Source: an uncultured Nitrososphaerota archaeon
GTDB lineage: Archaea > Thermoproteota > Nitrososphaeria > Nitrososphaerales > CADDZS01
Reading direction: 5' to 3'
Length of the DNA: 64,000 nt
Assembly (NCBI GenBank): GCA_963799845.1
Contig: CAWCYI010000004.1
Location: 1,824,001-1,888,000, forward strand
Shown: positions 61,536 through 64,000 of the stretch, piece after piece
How the letters are laid out: every line of letters starts with the position of its first letter
How positions within the stretch are numbered: the stretch's first letter is position 1
Notes under the pieces: model-generated
Told to the model about the DNA's origin: nothing
The model's input: the letters and a program-made list of their open reading frames with translations, nothing else
The model's database searches: none
Translations under genes and position numbers: made by a program

Positions 61536-61850
61536 ATGAAGTACAGAAGTAGTACAGAGATAATTGACACTATTCTCAGGTCGTTAGATTCTGGTGCTAC
61601 TAGAACACGGATAATGTACAAGGCATATCTCTCCTACTCCCAATTGAAGGAATACCTCTCCCTGCTCCAAGACAGACAACTTCTGAAGTACGAAGAAGGG
61701 TCGCAGGTCTACACTATTACCGAAAAGGGACTTCGTTTTATGAACGCCTATGATGAGATTAGAGAATTGGTATCGGGGAGTCAAGAGGAAAATTTTCAAA
61801 AGGAGAGTCTGGGGACAACTCCGAATAAGAACCCTGAACTCTCCCAGTAA
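61536..61850 (+). CDS. HTH_45-type winged-helix regulator (paralog 4)
   Basis: MKYRSSTEIIDTIL...ATRTRIMYKAYLSYSQLKEYL. Confidence 0.9.
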   Translation: MKYRSSTEIIDTILRSLDSGATRTRIMYKAYLSYSQLKEYLSLLQDRQLLKYEEGSQVYTITEKGLRFMNAYDEIRELVSGSQEENFQKESLGTTPNKNPELSQ

Positions 61851-62079
61851 TAAGTCTCTTTTTCCAGCAGAATTTCTTCCCCTCTCATGGTTTTTGAGGG
61901 GCGTTTATTCAGATCTCATTTCTGTTTATTCTGAGATATTTTGTTACGTGGAGTAGTGAGCAAGAAGCGTAGAACTCTGGGTGAGAGTTTCGGTCAGGCA
62001 GGGATCAGTACTCCCGTTAGACCAGTGTAGAAATGTGTACTGGTTATAGTTCTCCACGCAAGAGGTGTAAGTCTGTCCT

Positions 62080-62394
62080 TTAGTTGCTCCAGAGTAAGTC
62101 AGAGGGGAATATCCTTGACTGACAACCTGACCTGATGAATTTGTAATATAATGCGTAGAGTCCCGTAATTTGATTTCCCGACTGTGAAACTGTCTTAATG
62201 GTCAAAATTAAGCTGCCCCCTCCTGTCCCGCCATCGTCCGAATAGGAATCTCCACCGTAAATAGAGACCGTCCCCTGAGTTGAGGAAAGAACGCTGTTGC
62301 TTGAACTCAGGACTTCGATTTCTGCGCTCAGTGGCAAGATGAATTTCCCAACCTCGATGGTCGCCGAGCCACTTCGCTTTGGTGCACTCGCCAA
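62080..62394 (-). pseudogene. Fragment of a beta-rich (probably secreted) protein
   Basis: S/G/T-rich beta-strand-like sequence; both ends appear broken. Confidence 0.35.
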
Positions 62395-62696
62395 TTTACA
62401 TTCCCGTTACTGGGATTGATTAGCTCGACTTTCGCAGCACTTGAGGGTAGACCCGAGACGGTGAGATATTCGCGCTTGTCAAATAATAATTCAGAAACGT
62501 GGCGTAGAGTTCCGATCCAGTGTGCGACGTTTCGGGTTCAAGGTATATTTGGAATGGCTTTGGCATCAAGCACTTCAGCGATTAAATCTTGAAATTATAG
62601 TGTACGCGCGAAAGGAATACCGCTTTAGAATAATTTGACGGGGCGTATGAAAATACGGATGATAATCAGTCTGATCGAGATTTAACGAGAAATTTT

Positions 62697-63503
62697 CTAT
62701 GTGGCGATAGGCAGTGCAAATCTAAAGTTCGCTCCGCTCTGGGGCTTTGGATTGTTGGCAGCCATTATGGTGCCTTCGTGAGCCTCGATAATCTTTCGCG
62801 AAATGTACAGTCCCAGGCCCATTCCAGAGCCGGTGTCAGTTTTTTTGCCAAAGCGAGTAAACAAATGCGGATATACCTGGGAACTAATACCCGGGCCAGA
62901 GTCACGTACAATCACAATTGCGTAGCGCCCTGCTCTTTCAACTGCCATTTCAATCGCTCCCTCCTCCGTTACTTTTACCGCGTTCCCGAGAATATTGAAT
63001 AGAACTTGGGCTATTCTGTTCCTGTCGGCGTAAACATTGATTTCCTCACGAGAATCAAATTGCATTTGCACGTTCCTTTTCACGAACCGTCTGTGATCCT
63101 CCTGTACTTCGGAAATTAGAGCCGTCAGGTTGAATGTTGAACGTTCTAAAATAATGTTACGGGACTCGATTCTTGCCACATCCAGTATGTTTTGAGCCAG
63201 GTATTGCAGGCGGTAGGCGTTGCGGATAATGATTCGAAGTTCTTCCTTTTCCTTTCCCAACTCGTTCTGCAACATTTCAGCATTGAAAAGGATGGGCGAG
63301 ATCGGAGCCCGGAGTTCGTGGGCGGCAATATTGATGAAATCAGATTGATCTTCGAGTTGCTTTTGAAGCGCTTTCGTTTTTGACCCATTGGCACTTTCAC
63401 TAGCATTCGATATCTTGAGTACTGAGATAAATTCGTCAAGGGCTTGAAGCCCACGGTTAGATCGATCGCCAAGATTAGCGCGTATTGGTTCTTCGTTTAT
63501 CAA
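62697..63503 (-). CDS. Histidine kinase core (HisKA + HATPase) with little or no sensor
   Basis: AAHELRAP, NILGNAVK, DSGPGI, GMGLGL. Confidence 0.9.
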   Translation of the reverse strand: MINEEPIRANLGDRSNRGLQALDEFISVLKISNASESANGSKTKALQKQLEDQSDFINIAAHELRAPISPILFNAEMLQNELGKEKEELRIIIRNAYRLQYLAQNILDVARIESRNIILERSTFNLTALISEVQEDHRRFVKRNVQMQFDSREEINVYADRNRIAQVLFNILGNAVKVTEEGAIEMAVERAGRYAIVIVRDSGPGISSQVYPHLFTRFGKKTDTGSGMGLGLYISRKIIEAHEGTIMAANNPKPQSGANFRFALPIAT

Positions 63504-63537
63504 ACGAATGACGCCATAATAATCATACGAAGTTACA

Positions 63538-63753
63538 CTTAAGGTCAGAAGTCATATTGTACCAATCGAATGATCTGGTCGTCTAATTCATCTCTAAATC
63601 AGAATGAAAAGATCATTTTGCGTTCTGTAGCTAAGACAACTGATCTCGACAAATGATCCAGCTCTTAAAGTAATTGGAAGATTTCTCAAGAGATTCTTCG
63701 ATTCCATTCTGAATTAGAATTTTCTAGACAATATTATCTGTCTGTATTATTTA
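63538..63753. promoter_or_regulatory. Divergent promoters for the kinase and TFB genes with variant upstream elements
   Basis: Minus: TGGTACAATATG-acttctgac-CTTAAG (63553-63564). Plus: CTAGACAATATT-atctgtctg-TATTATTTA (63724-63735). Confidence 0.4.
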
Positions 63754-63777
63754 GCCCGATCTTGCATCAACTCATCC

Positions 63778-64000
63778 ATGCAATTGAAACAGGAAATATT
63801 GGAAAAGGGAGACTGGCGACAATGCCCTCTCTGTCGCGGAAACATCGTTCTTGACATTGAGAGCAGTGAAAATATTTGCGATTCATGCGGGCTTGTGGTA
63901 GGAAATGACCTTGCCCCACCAGAGTTAAGGGTTGGAGAATTTGCAGCAAGGCAAGACGAAAGAGCAATTGCTCCTCCAAATCGCTTCGGTCAGACCTTCA
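63778..64000 (+). CDS. tfb: Transcription initiation factor IIB (TFB)-like N-terminal zinc ribbon; runs off the window
   Basis: MQLKQEILEKGDWRQCPLCRGNIVLDIESSENICDSCGLVV (CPxC...D...E.IC..CG.V); not in the ORF track. Confidence 0.7.
   Translation, partial: MQLKQEILEKGDWRQCPLCRGNIVLDIESSENICDSCGLVVGNDLAPPELRVGEFAARQDERAIAPPNRFGQTF

Overview
Archaeal DNA, most likely a Nitrososphaerota (Thaumarchaeota) genome; this is inferred from the TFB zinc ribbon, the HTH_45-type wHTH proteins, the TrmB/PLD-like-sensor histidine kinases and the stand-alone receivers. Bases 1 to ~10.5 kb are visibly more GC-rich and carry mostly intact metabolic genes: Zn-dehydrogenase, GGCT, APC permease, a wHTH-SBP regulator, an IolD-like TPP enzyme, a Gfo/Idh/MocA oxidoreductase, a surface protein, a ferritin-like protein and a PPOX protein. 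From ~10.6 kb to the end is an AT-richer, paralog-rich signalling and stress region. It holds 6 histidine kinases (some broken), 8 stand-alone receivers, 5 HTH_45-type wHTH proteins, a KaiC/GvpD-like ATPase, the start of a TFB gene, an IS481 element and an integrase/tRNA scar. It also holds many small genes typical of bacterial general-stress regulons (CsbD, DUF1328, DUF892, ChaB-like, DUF6582, DUF2795-like, USP, YihY). Three main candidates for something new: (1) a recurrent promoter element TRGWASAWTCTT-N9-TATA in front of about 11 of these genes; (2) two stand-alone DHp-like proteins that keep the phospho-His register of the neighbouring kinases; (3) together, a possible sigma-factor-free archaeal general-stress phosphorelay and regulon. 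Many single-base frameshifts may be sequencing errors. All family calls are by eye; no database searches were run.
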